Below, one piece after another: positions 55,587 through 64,000 of a stretch of DNA of 64,000 nt. The stretch is from Chloroflexota bacterium (GTDB lineage: Bacteria > Chloroflexota > UBA11872 > VXNJ01): the NCBI GenBank assembly GCA_965207915.1, contig OZ242304.1:2065805-2129804 (forward strand), in the 5' to 3' direction. Numbering within the stretch: the stretch's first letter is position 1; each line of letters opens with the position of its first letter. The position numbers were made by a program, and so were the translations under genes. The notes under the pieces were generated by a model, which searched no databases, had not been told where the DNA came from, and saw nothing but the letters and a program-made list of their open reading frames with translations.

Positions 55587-56794
55587 AGCCGCGATCCCGG
55601 CGCCAGTCGCTGCAAAACAAGGCACGTGATGTCGTCGAACTGGTCCTGTTCGGCGGCGAACCGTTTGACGGCCGCCACCACATCGTTTACCGTTGCGCCG
55701 GCGTGCGACGGGGGTTTTTCGGCGAACAGCTGCATCAGGCGACCGAGGCCGAACTGTTCCTCCTGCGGGCTCATTGCGTCGGTGACCCCGTCGGTATAGG
55801 CCACAAACGTATCTCCGACTTGCATCTTTATCGATTCGGCCGAATACGGCATTCCCGGCAAGACTCCGAGCGCAACTCCGCCGGTCGAAGGGATGGTGCG
55901 CGCCCCGTCTCTGTCAACCAACACCGGCAGGTCATGCCCGCCGTTGGCGTAGGTAAGGGTTCCGCTGGCAGGTTCGTACTCGGCGTAAAAGGCGGTGACG
56001 AACATCATGTTGGGGTTGTCGGCGCTGAGCAAGTCGTTGGCCCGCGTAAGCACCTCGGCGGCGTCGCATCCGTCTAAGGCGGCCCCCTTGATCGTGGTGC
56101 GCGCCGACATCATGAACATCGCCGCCGACACGCCCTTGTCGGATACGTCGGCGATGACCAAACCGACGTTTCCGTTCGGCAGTTCTAGGAAATCGTAGAA
56201 GTCGCCGCCCACGTTGCGGGCGGCCTGCATGAATCCGGAGATTTCGAAATCGTCGCTCTTCGGAAACGACTTCGGCAGGATTGATTCCTGCAGGCGCCGC
56301 GCAATGTCCAATTCGCGCTGCAGCGAGACAAGTTGGTCCCTGGCCGCCAGCGCGTTGCGCCATTCGGCAAGGTTGTTGAGCGCGCGCTCAATGGTGATGT
56401 CCAGGTCTTTGAAATCGACCGGTTTGGTGACGAAATCGAACGCGCCCCGATTCATGGCGGTTCGGATGTTGTCCATGTCACCGTATGCGGAGATGATGAC
56501 TGACCGAATGTCGTCGGTGATCTGCGGAATCTGTTGCAGGAGCGTCAACCCGTCCATCCTCGGCATGTTGATGTCGGAGAGGACTAGCTCGATCTCCTTG
56601 TCCTGCTCGAGAAGGGCGACGGCCTCGACGCCGTTGCCGGCGAATTGAAATTCGTATTGACCGGACCTGATCTGGCGACGCATGCGCTGCAGGATCAGCG
56701 GCTCCAGGTCAGGCTCGTCATCGACCACCAGAATCTTCCGGGTCGGGCCTTCGTAGCGGGTCCGAGACCGGCGTCTAGGTCTGTCCGGGGGCAC
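55583..56794 (-). CDS. Response regulator receiver plus PP2C/SpoIIE phosphatase (RsbU/RsbY-like)
   Basis: ILVVDDE, SDINMPRMDG, GAFDFVTKP; then VGGDFYD, ADVSDKG, NGGH, YTDGVTDA, QFDDIT. Confidence 0.93.
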   Translation of the reverse strand: MPPDRPRRRSRTRYEGPTRKILVVDDEPDLEPLILQRMRRQIRSGQYEFQFAGNGVEAVALLEQDKEIELVLSDINMPRMDGLTLLQQIPQITDDIRSVIISAYGDMDNIRTAMNRGAFDFVTKPVDFKDLDITIERALNNLAEWRNALAARDQLVSLQRELDIARRLQESILPKSFPKSDDFEISGFMQAARNVGGDFYDFLELPNGNVGLVIADVSDKGVSAAMFMMSARTTIKGAALDGCDAAEVLTRANDLLSADNPNMMFVTAFYAEYEPASGTLTYANGGHDLPVLVDRDGARTIPSTGGVALGVLPGMPYSAESIKMQVGDTFVAYTDGVTDAMSPQEEQFGLGRLMQLFAEKPPSHAGATVNDVVAAVKRFAAEQDQFDDITCLVLQRLAPGSRL

Positions 56795-56833
56795 CGGAAA
56801 AGTCTTTGTGGAGGACTCTAGTCGGGCTCGGCC

Positions 56834-57169
56834 CTAGCCCTGCAGGTCGGCGAGAGCGGCGGGCCTATCGGCGTGGACGTTGATGATCTTGTCGAATCCG
56901 GAGATCTTGAATATTTCGGAAATCGACTCGCTAAGACTGCAGACTGCCAGCTGTCCGCCCTTTTGGTCGAGCTGGCGGGCCACCAGCAGTACAACCCGAA
57001 GCCCGGCGCTGGAGATGTAGGAGAGGTCCGCGAAATCCAGCAGCAGTCGGCGGTCATCGTCGCCGAGCGCCGATTCCAATTCGGTCTGTACTTGTCGGGC
57101 GTTGGTCCCGTCGATGCGGCCGGAGAGTCCGGCGATCAGTATTGGACCCTCGCGGGCGGTGTCAATCAC
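56834..57169 (-). CDS. STAS-domain anti-sigma factor antagonist (RsbV-like)
   Basis: GRID, LDFADLSYISSAGLRV (phosphoacceptor Ser), EIFKISGF. Confidence 0.93.
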   Translation of the reverse strand: MIDTAREGPILIAGLSGRIDGTNARQVQTELESALGDDDRRLLLDFADLSYISSAGLRVVLLVARQLDQKGGQLAVCSLSESISEIFKISGFDKIINVHADRPAALADLQG

Positions 57170-57205
57170 GGTCCATCCAATTCCAGCGCGGGCAAAGATT
57201 CAGTG

Positions 57206-57232
57206 CCAATTATTCCAGCCCCAATTATTCCA
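57206..57232. repeat. 12-bp direct repeat upstream of the STAS operon
   Basis: CCAATTATTCCA at 57206-57217 and 57221-57232 (period 15). Confidence 0.7.
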
Positions 57233-57323
57233 ATGATCGACAAACGGAGCCGGCCTCACGCTCAAGCCAGTTTACGGACTCGGACGCGGAACCTTCCATA
57301 GACCTTAGCGCCCGAGTCTCGAA

Positions 57324-58088
57324 TTAGAGTGGTCGGCGCGCCAGCGAGAATGACTGGCCGGTTGGGCCCCCGGGCGGCAGGCCGGCCATCCAGGCGACCA
57401 GTTCGCCGACCTCGTCAGGGTGCTTGACGCGTTCGGAAGCTGCGAACGGCACCGGCCGATCCGCGAATTCGGCCAGCACCGTATCCACCGAAGACCGGTC
57501 GCTGGCCCAGGTCACGTTGGTGGTCGCCACCAGCCCTGGAATCACGTCGTTCACTTCGATCCCGCGTTCCCAGACTTCCTGCGAAAGAACCTGCGTGAGC
57601 ATGTGCACAGCCGCCTTGGCGGCCGCGTATGAACTGTTGCCGGGCAACGCCGCCAAGCCCATGCCGGAGGCGATGTTTATGATCTTGCCGCCGCTGGGAA
57701 TGTCGGCCAGCAGGGCCCTTGTCAGGAAGTAAGTGCCGTACAGATTGATGTCGACGGTCTTGGTCCAAAGTGCCGGGTCGCTGTCGGCCAACTCTCCCTC
57801 GGCAAACGTCCCGCCGGCGTTGTTGACCAGGATGTCGCAGCGCCCGAATTCCGCGACGACCGTTTCGGCGAAATGCTTGACGTTTTCCCAATCGGCCACG
57901 TCGACGCGGGCGGTCGCGCAGCGCCGCCCCAGCTGATTGATTTCGCTCGCCAGGGATTCGAGCTCGCTCACCGTGCGCGAGCACCCCACGACGTCGGCGC
58001 CGGCGCGGGCCAGGGCGATGGCGATCGATCGGCCGATGCCCCGCCCTGCGCCGGAGACTACCGCGACCTTCGATTCGAGGTTGTTCAT
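57324..58088 (-). CDS. Short-chain dehydrogenase/reductase
   Basis: SGAGRGIG, LVNNAG, YAAAK. Confidence 0.9.
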   Translation of the reverse strand: MNNLESKVAVVSGAGRGIGRSIAIALARAGADVVGCSRTVSELESLASEINQLGRRCATARVDVADWENVKHFAETVVAEFGRCDILVNNAGGTFAEGELADSDPALWTKTVDINLYGTYFLTRALLADIPSGGKIINIASGMGLAALPGNSSYAAAKAAVHMLTQVLSQEVWERGIEVNDVIPGLVATTNVTWASDRSSVDTVLAEFADRPVPFAASERVKHPDEVGELVAWMAGLPPGGPTGQSFSLARRPL

Positions 58089-58273
58089 GATCTGATTTGC
58101 CCCCTGGCAGCCCGCGGCGATAGCAGCCGCCTCCTGGAATCCGAACTCGGTTCTGAGTTGCGTCATCAATTTACCCGTCGCCGGTTCGGTTCGGTCGGCG
58201 TTAGGTCAAAATCGTTCGGTTTGGCTTGGCCAATCGACGATCGTTCCGACGCCCTCCAGGCAGTGCCCTGACT

Positions 58274-59449
58274 ATGCAAATCTCCCAGCGTGCTCTTCGC
58301 ATGGCCGAATCGGCCACCATGGCGGTGACCGGTCGGGCCGCCCAGTTGCGCCGCGAAGGCGTCGACGTCGTCAGCTTCGGCGCCGGCGAGCCCGATTTCG
58401 ACACCCCGGACCACGTCAAGCGAGCTGCCATCGACGCCCTCCAGGGTGGCCAGACCGGATACGCGGCCCCGGCTTCGGGGATCGTGCCGCTAAAGACCGC
58501 GATAGTCGATGCCCTGGCGCGCGATGCCGGGCTGCATTACCGATCCGACCAGCTGATCGTCACTTGCGGCGGCAAGGAAGCGTTGTTTCTGGCGTTCGCG
58601 GCCATCCTGGACCCGGGTGACGAGGTGATCGTGCCGGCGCCGTACTGGGTCTCGTTTCCGGAGCAGGTCGCGCTCTGCGACGGCGTCCCGGTGATCGTGG
58701 AGGGGAGTCCGCAAAACGACTACAAATTGACTCCTGATCAGGTCGCCGCGGCGCTGTCCGATCGAACCCGGGCATTCGTGTTCAACTCACCGTCCAACCC
58801 GGGCGGATTCGTCTATTCACCGGAGGAAGCGGCGGCGATCGCCGAAGTCCTGGCCGGCTCAGAAGTGATCGTCCTGGCCGACGAGATCTATGACCAGCTG
58901 GTTTTTGGCGGGGCAAGTTTTGCCAACTTCGCCAGCCTGTCGGACGACGCCTACGCGCGCACGGTAACGTTCAATGCCTCCAGCAAGACCTACGCGATGA
59001 CCGGCTGGCGATTGGGATTTGCGGCCGGTCCGGCAGAGATCATCGGGGCGATGGCCAAGATTCAGACCCAGACCACGTCCGGGGCCTGTAACTTCACCCA
59101 ATTCGGCTATGCGGCCGCTCTAGCCGGCGATCAAGCGATAGTGGCCGAACGGCGCGAGGAGTTTGCCCGCCGCGGACGCTACTGCTTCGAACGCCTCAAC
59201 GCCATGCCGGGCGTTACCTGCCCGCGACCGCAGGGCGCTTTTTACGTCCTGCCCGACGTCTCGGCCAACTACTCGCGGCTGGGAGTTGCCGGTTCGGTCG
59301 AATTTGCCCAGCGGCTGCTTGAAGAAGGGCGGGTAGCGGTGGTGCCCGGCGAAGCGTTTGGAATGGATGCGACCGTGCGTCTCAGCTTTGCCACCGACAT
59401 GGAGACCATTGCCCGTGGACTCGACCGCGTCGCCGAGTTTCTCGCGTGA
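58274..59449 (+). CDS. Class I PLP aminotransferase (aspartate aminotransferase-like)
   Basis: GAGEPDFDTP, GGKEAL, PYWVSFP, NSPSNP.G, DEIY, SKTYAMTGWRLG, PQGAFY, RLSFA. Confidence 0.93.
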   Translation: MQISQRALRMAESATMAVTGRAAQLRREGVDVVSFGAGEPDFDTPDHVKRAAIDALQGGQTGYAAPASGIVPLKTAIVDALARDAGLHYRSDQLIVTCGGKEALFLAFAAILDPGDEVIVPAPYWVSFPEQVALCDGVPVIVEGSPQNDYKLTPDQVAAALSDRTRAFVFNSPSNPGGFVYSPEEAAAIAEVLAGSEVIVLADEIYDQLVFGGASFANFASLSDDAYARTVTFNASSKTYAMTGWRLGFAAGPAEIIGAMAKIQTQTTSGACNFTQFGYAAALAGDQAIVAERREEFARRGRYCFERLNAMPGVTCPRPQGAFYVLPDVSANYSRLGVAGSVEFAQRLLEEGRVAVVPGEAFGMDATVRLSFATDMETIARGLDRVAEFLA

Positions 59450-59462
59450 TCGGCGGCTTAGC

Positions 59463-60404
59463 TTGACGCCGGACTGCTGCCCACCGCCCCGGTCCGGTGT
59501 TTCGGAAGTTGAACCCCGACCAGGCGTCCGGGAGACCGGTGTAATGGCGCCCGAGGGCATGGTGTTGCTGGACGGCGGAACTTTCCTGATGGGCACCGAG
59601 AGCAGCGACGGATTCCCCGACGACGGGGAAGGTCCGATTAGAGAAGTCACGATCGACCCGTTTTTCATCGATTTGACGCCGGTGACCAACCGCGAGTTCG
59701 GTCGGTTCGTTCGCGCGACCGGATACAAGACTGAGTCGGAGCGCTTCGGTTGGTCATTCGTCTTCCAACTGTTGGTTCCGGGCAGATTGCTGCGCGGCAA
59801 TCCGCAACGGGTCAACGAGGTCCCCTGGTGGCTGGCGATCAACGGCGCCAGCTGGCGCCATCCCGAAGGCCCCGGATCGAACGTGCGCAAGCGTCCCGAC
59901 CATCCGGTCGTGCAGGTGTCCTGGAACGACGCCGCCGAGTACTGCCGCTGGGCCGGCAAGCGCCTGCCGACCGAGGCCGAATGGGAATATGCCGCGCGCG
60001 GCGGATTGGTCCAGGCCGTTTATCCCTGGGGTGACGATCTGACTCCGGCCGGCAAGCACATGGCCAACATCTGGCAAGGCAAGTTCCCGGACCTGAACAC
60101 CCGCGACGACGGGTATCTGGGAACCTGTCCGGTCAAATCGTTCGAACCCAACGGCTACGGGATGTACGGCGTAGCCGGCAACGTCTGGGAGTGGTGTCAG
60201 GACTGGTTCAGCCCCAACCACCACCTGAGCGCCTCACCTCTTAATCCGCGCGGCCCGGCCGAGGGCTCGGCCCGGGTGATGCGCGGCGGGTCTTACCTTT
60301 GCCATGATTCCTACTGCAACCGCTACCGGGTGGCGGCGCGCAACCGAAACACCCCCGACACCGGCGCCGGCAATCTCGGATTCCGGTGCGCCCGCGACCC
60401 CTGA
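59463..60404 (+). CDS. Formylglycine-generating enzyme (aerobic sulfatase maturase, SUMF1/FGE)
   Basis: GWSFVF, PWW...GA.WRHPEGPGS, HPVVQVSWNDA, RLPTEAEWEYAARGG, GNVWEW, Cu-binding RGGSYLCHDSYCNRYR, GFRC. Start uncertain (TTG 59463 or ATG 59544). Confidence 0.92.
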   Translation: MTPDCCPPPRSGVSEVEPRPGVRETGVMAPEGMVLLDGGTFLMGTESSDGFPDDGEGPIREVTIDPFFIDLTPVTNREFGRFVRATGYKTESERFGWSFVFQLLVPGRLLRGNPQRVNEVPWWLAINGASWRHPEGPGSNVRKRPDHPVVQVSWNDAAEYCRWAGKRLPTEAEWEYAARGGLVQAVYPWGDDLTPAGKHMANIWQGKFPDLNTRDDGYLGTCPVKSFEPNGYGMYGVAGNVWEWCQDWFSPNHHLSASPLNPRGPAEGSARVMRGGSYLCHDSYCNRYRVAARNRNTPDTGAGNLGFRCARDP

Positions 60405-60431
60405 CGGGCTTCCGGCGGCAATTTTCGCGGC

Positions 60432-61880
60432 CTAATAAAGCGCCAGCTTGCGGTGGCGGCGATCGTAGGTCGTGGCCAGTTTCTGCAGCAGCGCCTTCCG
60501 CATCCGCGCCAGTTGGGCGGCGTGTCCGGGGGAGCACGCCAGATTCACGTGTTCGCCCGGATCCTCGGCCCGGTCATAGAGAATTTCTTCGCCTTCGTCG
60601 TTGATCCAGTACTTGTATTCGGAATTGATCAGGGTTAACACTGAAGACCCGCCCTGGTAGTAGCGAGTGTGACGCGAGATCTCGGTTTGGACCTGGTCGT
60701 TGCCGGGATTGAAGTACTCGACCAGCACCGATTCCTTGCCGCCGCCGCCCGAGCCCGTCAGCTGCTCCCACAGGGAGCTGCCGTCGACGCGGTCGGGTAC
60801 CTGCAAGCCGAGAGCCGCGAGCAGAGTCGGGACCAGGTCAACTCCTTCGAAGAACCCCTCAAAACTGCTGCCCGCCGGGATCCTGTCCGGCCAGCGCCAA
60901 ACCATCGGGACCCGGAGGCAGGAGTCGTAATGGGCCTCGTGCTTGGCCATCGTGAAGTTGTCGCCGCAGGCGTCGCCGTGGTCGGAGTAGAAGACTACTA
61001 AAGTGTTGTCGAGCTGGCCCGTTTGCCGCAGGTGCTCGACGATGCGTCCGCAATGGTGGTCGATCATGCTGCAACTGGCGTAGTAGTAGCGCCTGAACTG
61101 CATTACTGTCTCCTCGTCTTCGGGCAGAACGGCCTCGGCGATCCGACGAACGGTAGTGGGCTTGTCGTCCAGCTCGCCAGGGATCACGTCTGGTGGCGGC
61201 ACGCTATCGCGCGGGTAAAGATCGAGGTATTTAGGCAGCGGATTGCACGGGGAGTGCGGCAGGTAGAAACCGGCAATGGCAAACCAGGGCGTTCCGCCCG
61301 ACGCGTCGATGAAGCCGATCGTCTGATCGGCCACCCAGGCGCTGTAACTGAGTTCCTCGGGAGCGTCGAAGTCCCAGTACAGGATGTTGCGGTCGCCGGT
61401 GATCGGGTGCGGCACGCCGACTTTTTCCTCCATGCCCGGCGCCACTCGCCGGATCCAGCGGATGTAATCGTCCGGATAGCAGCCCGGTTCGTCGGCGTTG
61501 ACGTGGACGTCGAATCCGTACGCGGGGTGAGCCCGATCGTAGTCGCGGTTGGAATGGGGCAGGAAGTGCAGTTTGCCGAGGTTGCCGGTCCGGTAGCCGG
61601 CTTGCGAGAGGATCTCGGCGATGGAGACTTCATCCTCCGGCAGCGTGAACCCGTTCGAGGTGACCCCGTGGTTGCGAGGGTAGCGACCGGTCAGCAACGT
61701 CGCCCGCGAGGGCATGCAGACCGGGTTGTTCACGAAGGCCCCGGTCAGATTGACGCCCTCGGCGGCCAGGCGATCGATATTGGGAGTCTTCACGTATCCG
61801 CCTGAATTAACGCCCAGGCAGTCGAACCGTTGCTGGTCGGTCGTGAGGAAGAGGATGTTGGGACGTTGCGCGCTAGCCAT
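60432..61880 (-). CDS. Cys-type sulfatase (choline-sulfatase-like)
   Basis: RPNILFLTTDQQR, CMPSRATLLTGRYP, GKLHF, SDHGD. Convergent with FGE. Confidence 0.92.
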   Translation of the reverse strand: MASAQRPNILFLTTDQQRFDCLGVNSGGYVKTPNIDRLAAEGVNLTGAFVNNPVCMPSRATLLTGRYPRNHGVTSNGFTLPEDEVSIAEILSQAGYRTGNLGKLHFLPHSNRDYDRAHPAYGFDVHVNADEPGCYPDDYIRWIRRVAPGMEEKVGVPHPITGDRNILYWDFDAPEELSYSAWVADQTIGFIDASGGTPWFAIAGFYLPHSPCNPLPKYLDLYPRDSVPPPDVIPGELDDKPTTVRRIAEAVLPEDEETVMQFRRYYYASCSMIDHHCGRIVEHLRQTGQLDNTLVVFYSDHGDACGDNFTMAKHEAHYDSCLRVPMVWRWPDRIPAGSSFEGFFEGVDLVPTLLAALGLQVPDRVDGSSLWEQLTGSGGGGKESVLVEYFNPGNDQVQTEISRHTRYYQGGSSVLTLINSEYKYWINDEGEEILYDRAEDPGEHVNLACSPGHAAQLARMRKALLQKLATTYDRRHRKLALY

Positions 61881-62013
61881 CGGCCGTTCCGTGGGTTGGA
61901 TGCGGGTCGCGGGTCGCTGAAAATACTTCGCCGACCCGACCACGCTATTTTGGGCCGGTCGCCGGCGCCGATTCTTGCCGGGCGGGCGGCCGTTTCCTCT
62001 GGAGCACAAGTTA

Positions 62014-63180
62014 ATGCAGATCACCGCCGTCGACGTCTGTACATATCGGCGCCCGGGGCGCTCATTCGTGTGGGCGCTGGTGCGAACCGATGCCGGCATC
62101 ACCGGCCTGGGCGAGGCTACTTTGATGGGGCGCAGCCAGAGCGTTCGGTCCTGCCTGGAAGAGATGGGCGAGGTAATCCGCGGGATGGATCCGCTGGCCT
62201 CGGAGGACATCTGGTGGCGGCTGTACCTGGGCGACCGGCGTCGCGGCGGCGCGGTGACCGCCTCGGCCATGGGAGCGATCGATGTGGCCCTGTGGGACAT
62301 CCGCGGGCAGGCCCTGGGAGTTCCGATCTACCGGCTCCTGGGCGGGCCGTTGCGCGACCGCGTGCGCCTTTACAACCATGCCCAGTTGCCGACCCCGGAA
62401 TCCGTCCCCGACGCGCTCGGGCCGCTGATTGAGGATGGCTGGACTGCGGTCAAGTTCATGGCAACTCCTTCCGATCCGGGCGCGGGACCAAGACGGGAAC
62501 GCTTCGACCCGCGGCCCGCGGTCCGCCGCGGTGCCGCCGTGGTCGCCGCCGCCCGCGAGTTCGTCGGGCCCGAATTCGACCTTCTGCTTGAAACCCACGG
62601 GAGACTGCGGCCGGTCGACGTGGTGGCATTCGCCGAACGGGTCAAAGACTTCGACATTCTTTTTCTTGAAGAACCGACCCGGTTCGAGGCCGCAGAGAGC
62701 TTTAGGATGCTGCGAGAGCGGTGCCCGACGCCGCTGGCCACCGGCGAGCGGCTTTACTCACGATGGCAGTTCCAGCCCCTGATCGAAAACGAATGGGTGG
62801 ACATAATCCAGCCCGACATAGTGCATGCTCACGGCATCACCGAAGTCAAGAAGATCGCGGACTACGCCGATGCGCACTTGATCAGCCTGGCCCCGCACAA
62901 CCCCCAGTCGCCGGTCAACACGATGGCCAGTCTGCAGCTTGACCTGGCCTGTCACAACTTCCTGATCCAGGAGGTGATATGGCCGTTTCCGGAGCAATTC
63001 CACGAGATATTCGACGGGATTCCCGAACCCCGGCGTGGTTACATGTATCCGCCGGATGCTCCCGGATTGGGTATCACCCTCGACCTTGAACGGGCGCGGG
63101 CGCTTGAGCGCAAGCGACGGCATCGACCGGCTCCCACTGACGAATTGCAGTTGCCCGACGGCACCTGGATCGATTTTTGA
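62014..63180 (+). CDS. Mandelate racemase/enolase superfamily acid-sugar dehydratase (galactonate dehydratase-like)
   Basis: TDAGITGLGE, AIDVALWDI.G..LGVPIY.LLGG, ETHGR, FLEEP, ATGER, QPD, APHNP, PGLG. Confidence 0.88.
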   Translation: MQITAVDVCTYRRPGRSFVWALVRTDAGITGLGEATLMGRSQSVRSCLEEMGEVIRGMDPLASEDIWWRLYLGDRRRGGAVTASAMGAIDVALWDIRGQALGVPIYRLLGGPLRDRVRLYNHAQLPTPESVPDALGPLIEDGWTAVKFMATPSDPGAGPRRERFDPRPAVRRGAAVVAAAREFVGPEFDLLLETHGRLRPVDVVAFAERVKDFDILFLEEPTRFEAAESFRMLRERCPTPLATGERLYSRWQFQPLIENEWVDIIQPDIVHAHGITEVKKIADYADAHLISLAPHNPQSPVNTMASLQLDLACHNFLIQEVIWPFPEQFHEIFDGIPEPRRGYMYPPDAPGLGITLDLERARALERKRRHRPAPTDELQLPDGTWIDF

Positions 63181-63205
63181 GGTTTGGACGGTTTTTCCGG
63201 GGCGA

Positions 63206-64000
63206 TCAGGCCGGCCAGCTTGCGCGATCGCCGGCCGGCCTCAGCAGGCAGATGCTGGCCGAATAGGAATGCAGGTAGTTGGAGGCCCCGACCGGGCCCA
63301 GTTCCCCGTTGGCGAAGAAACCGGCCACCGGAACTTGGCGGCCAATCGCGCGGCCGACGATGCCGACATCGCGATTCGGCTCGGCGTATAGCCGGGTGCC
63401 GCGGGCGTTGCAGGTAAACAGCAGGGCCGCCGCCGGGGCGGTCGCGAACGCTTGGGGCGACAAGAGCAATTCAAGATCGTCGGCGGCCGCCGCCGGGGTG
63501 CGAACGTGGAAGCGGACCACTTGGCCGCTGCGGACCAGATCCATCACCCCGATCGCACCGGTTTCCGGATTGACACCGGACACGTTGCGGATCAGGTAAT
63601 CCGATGGGCCGGGCGGGTCTTCGCTGTCGTCGACGGCGATCCCGATGAGCAGTCCCCCGCTGCGGATGTAGGACTGCAGATCCGAATCGAGTTCGTGGTA
63701 AAGGTCGCGGAATACAAGCGTCGGTTTGCGACCATCCAACTCAGTAATCTGGCTGCGCTCGGCGCCGGTCACCTCAAACTCGTTGCCGATCGGACGGCAG
63801 CCCTGCGAAAGGATGATTTCGGGCTCCAGCGCCCCGCCCAGAGCCAGACCGACGACCCCTTCGTCGCGGATCCGCCCATTGGCCGAAAGGCGCGTCATCC
63901 CGGGCGACATGCCGCCGCTGGCGACGCCGCCGACGACCGGCGTGGCCGGGAACGCGCTGTCGAATGCGGGCAGCAGATGCCGGAGCGGGGCCGTGAACGG
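63206..64000 (-). CDS. FIST-domain signal transduction protein, C-terminal part (5' end outside window)
   Basis: VVGGVASG, SQGCRPIG, I.ELDG.K, YLIRN..G, FHVR, LLFTCNARG, GFFANGELGPVG..NYLH.Y. Confidence 0.85.
   Translation of the reverse strand, partial: PFTAPLRHLLPAFDSAFPATPVVGGVASGGMSPGMTRLSANGRIRDEGVVGLALGGALEPEIILSQGCRPIGNEFEVTGAERSQITELDGRKPTLVFRDLYHELDSDLQSYIRSGGLLIGIAVDDSEDPPGPSDYLIRNVSGVNPETGAIGVMDLVRSGQVVRFHVRTPAAAADDLELLLSPQAFATAPAAALLFTCNARGTRLYAEPNRDVGIVGRAIGRQVPVAGFFANGELGPVGASNYLHSYSASICLLRPAGDRASWPA

Noticed and set aside
57191-57209. Sigma54-like TGGCAC...TTGC upstream of the STAS gene (minus strand)
   Set aside because: GG-to-GC spacing is 12 nt rather than the required 10.
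37195-62300. Long N-terminal extensions given by the ORF track (37195, 41651, 43460, 46480, 49365, 59358, 62300)
   Set aside because: They overlap neighbouring genes or spacers. Downstream starts match family N-termini, often with an SD sequence, and were used instead.
1-64000. CRISPR arrays, IS elements, prophage, defence systems, rRNA
   Set aside because: No regularly spaced repeats, transposase/integrase/nuclease motifs or rRNA-like sequence seen. Nearly all sequence is accounted for by metabolic CDS.

Overview
GC-rich (roughly two-thirds G+C by eye), gene-dense bacterial chromosomal segment with about 50 CDS and one tRNA-Thr(UGU). I saw no integrase, transposase, prophage or CRISPR array. 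The content suggests a heterotrophic monoderm, most plausibly a Chloroflexota of the kind common in marine or sponge microbiomes (inference). Clues are Tat-lipoprotein solute-binding proteins, futalosine menaquinone genes, VKOR/DsbA, an HspR-like operator and many paralogous catabolic enzymes. Left to right: partial lysA; NHL lipoprotein; carbohydrate ABC transporter; a sulfatase-rich catabolic region with a GH51 glycosidase, Gfo/Idh/MocA dehydrogenases, a ThDP enzyme and inositol-like genes; PhyH dioxygenases; rhodanese; hydantoinase/oxoprolinase A+B; GPP34 protein; acetoacetyl-CoA synthetase and thiolase; mqnE-mqnA-mqnC-mqnD; tandem aldo/keto reductases; an RsbV/RsbU/RsbW partner-switch operon coupled to a binding protein and TorS-like kinase; a formylglycine-generating enzyme (FGE); and a partial FIST protein. 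The strongest lead is that three of the seven sulfatase-fold genes carry Thr instead of Cys/Ser at the formylglycine position. One of them is tightly linked to GH51, a dehydrogenase and an IolD-like ThDP enzyme, which suggests an uncharacterised sugar/cyclitol-ester catabolic route. Product calls rest on motif recognition only; no searches were run.
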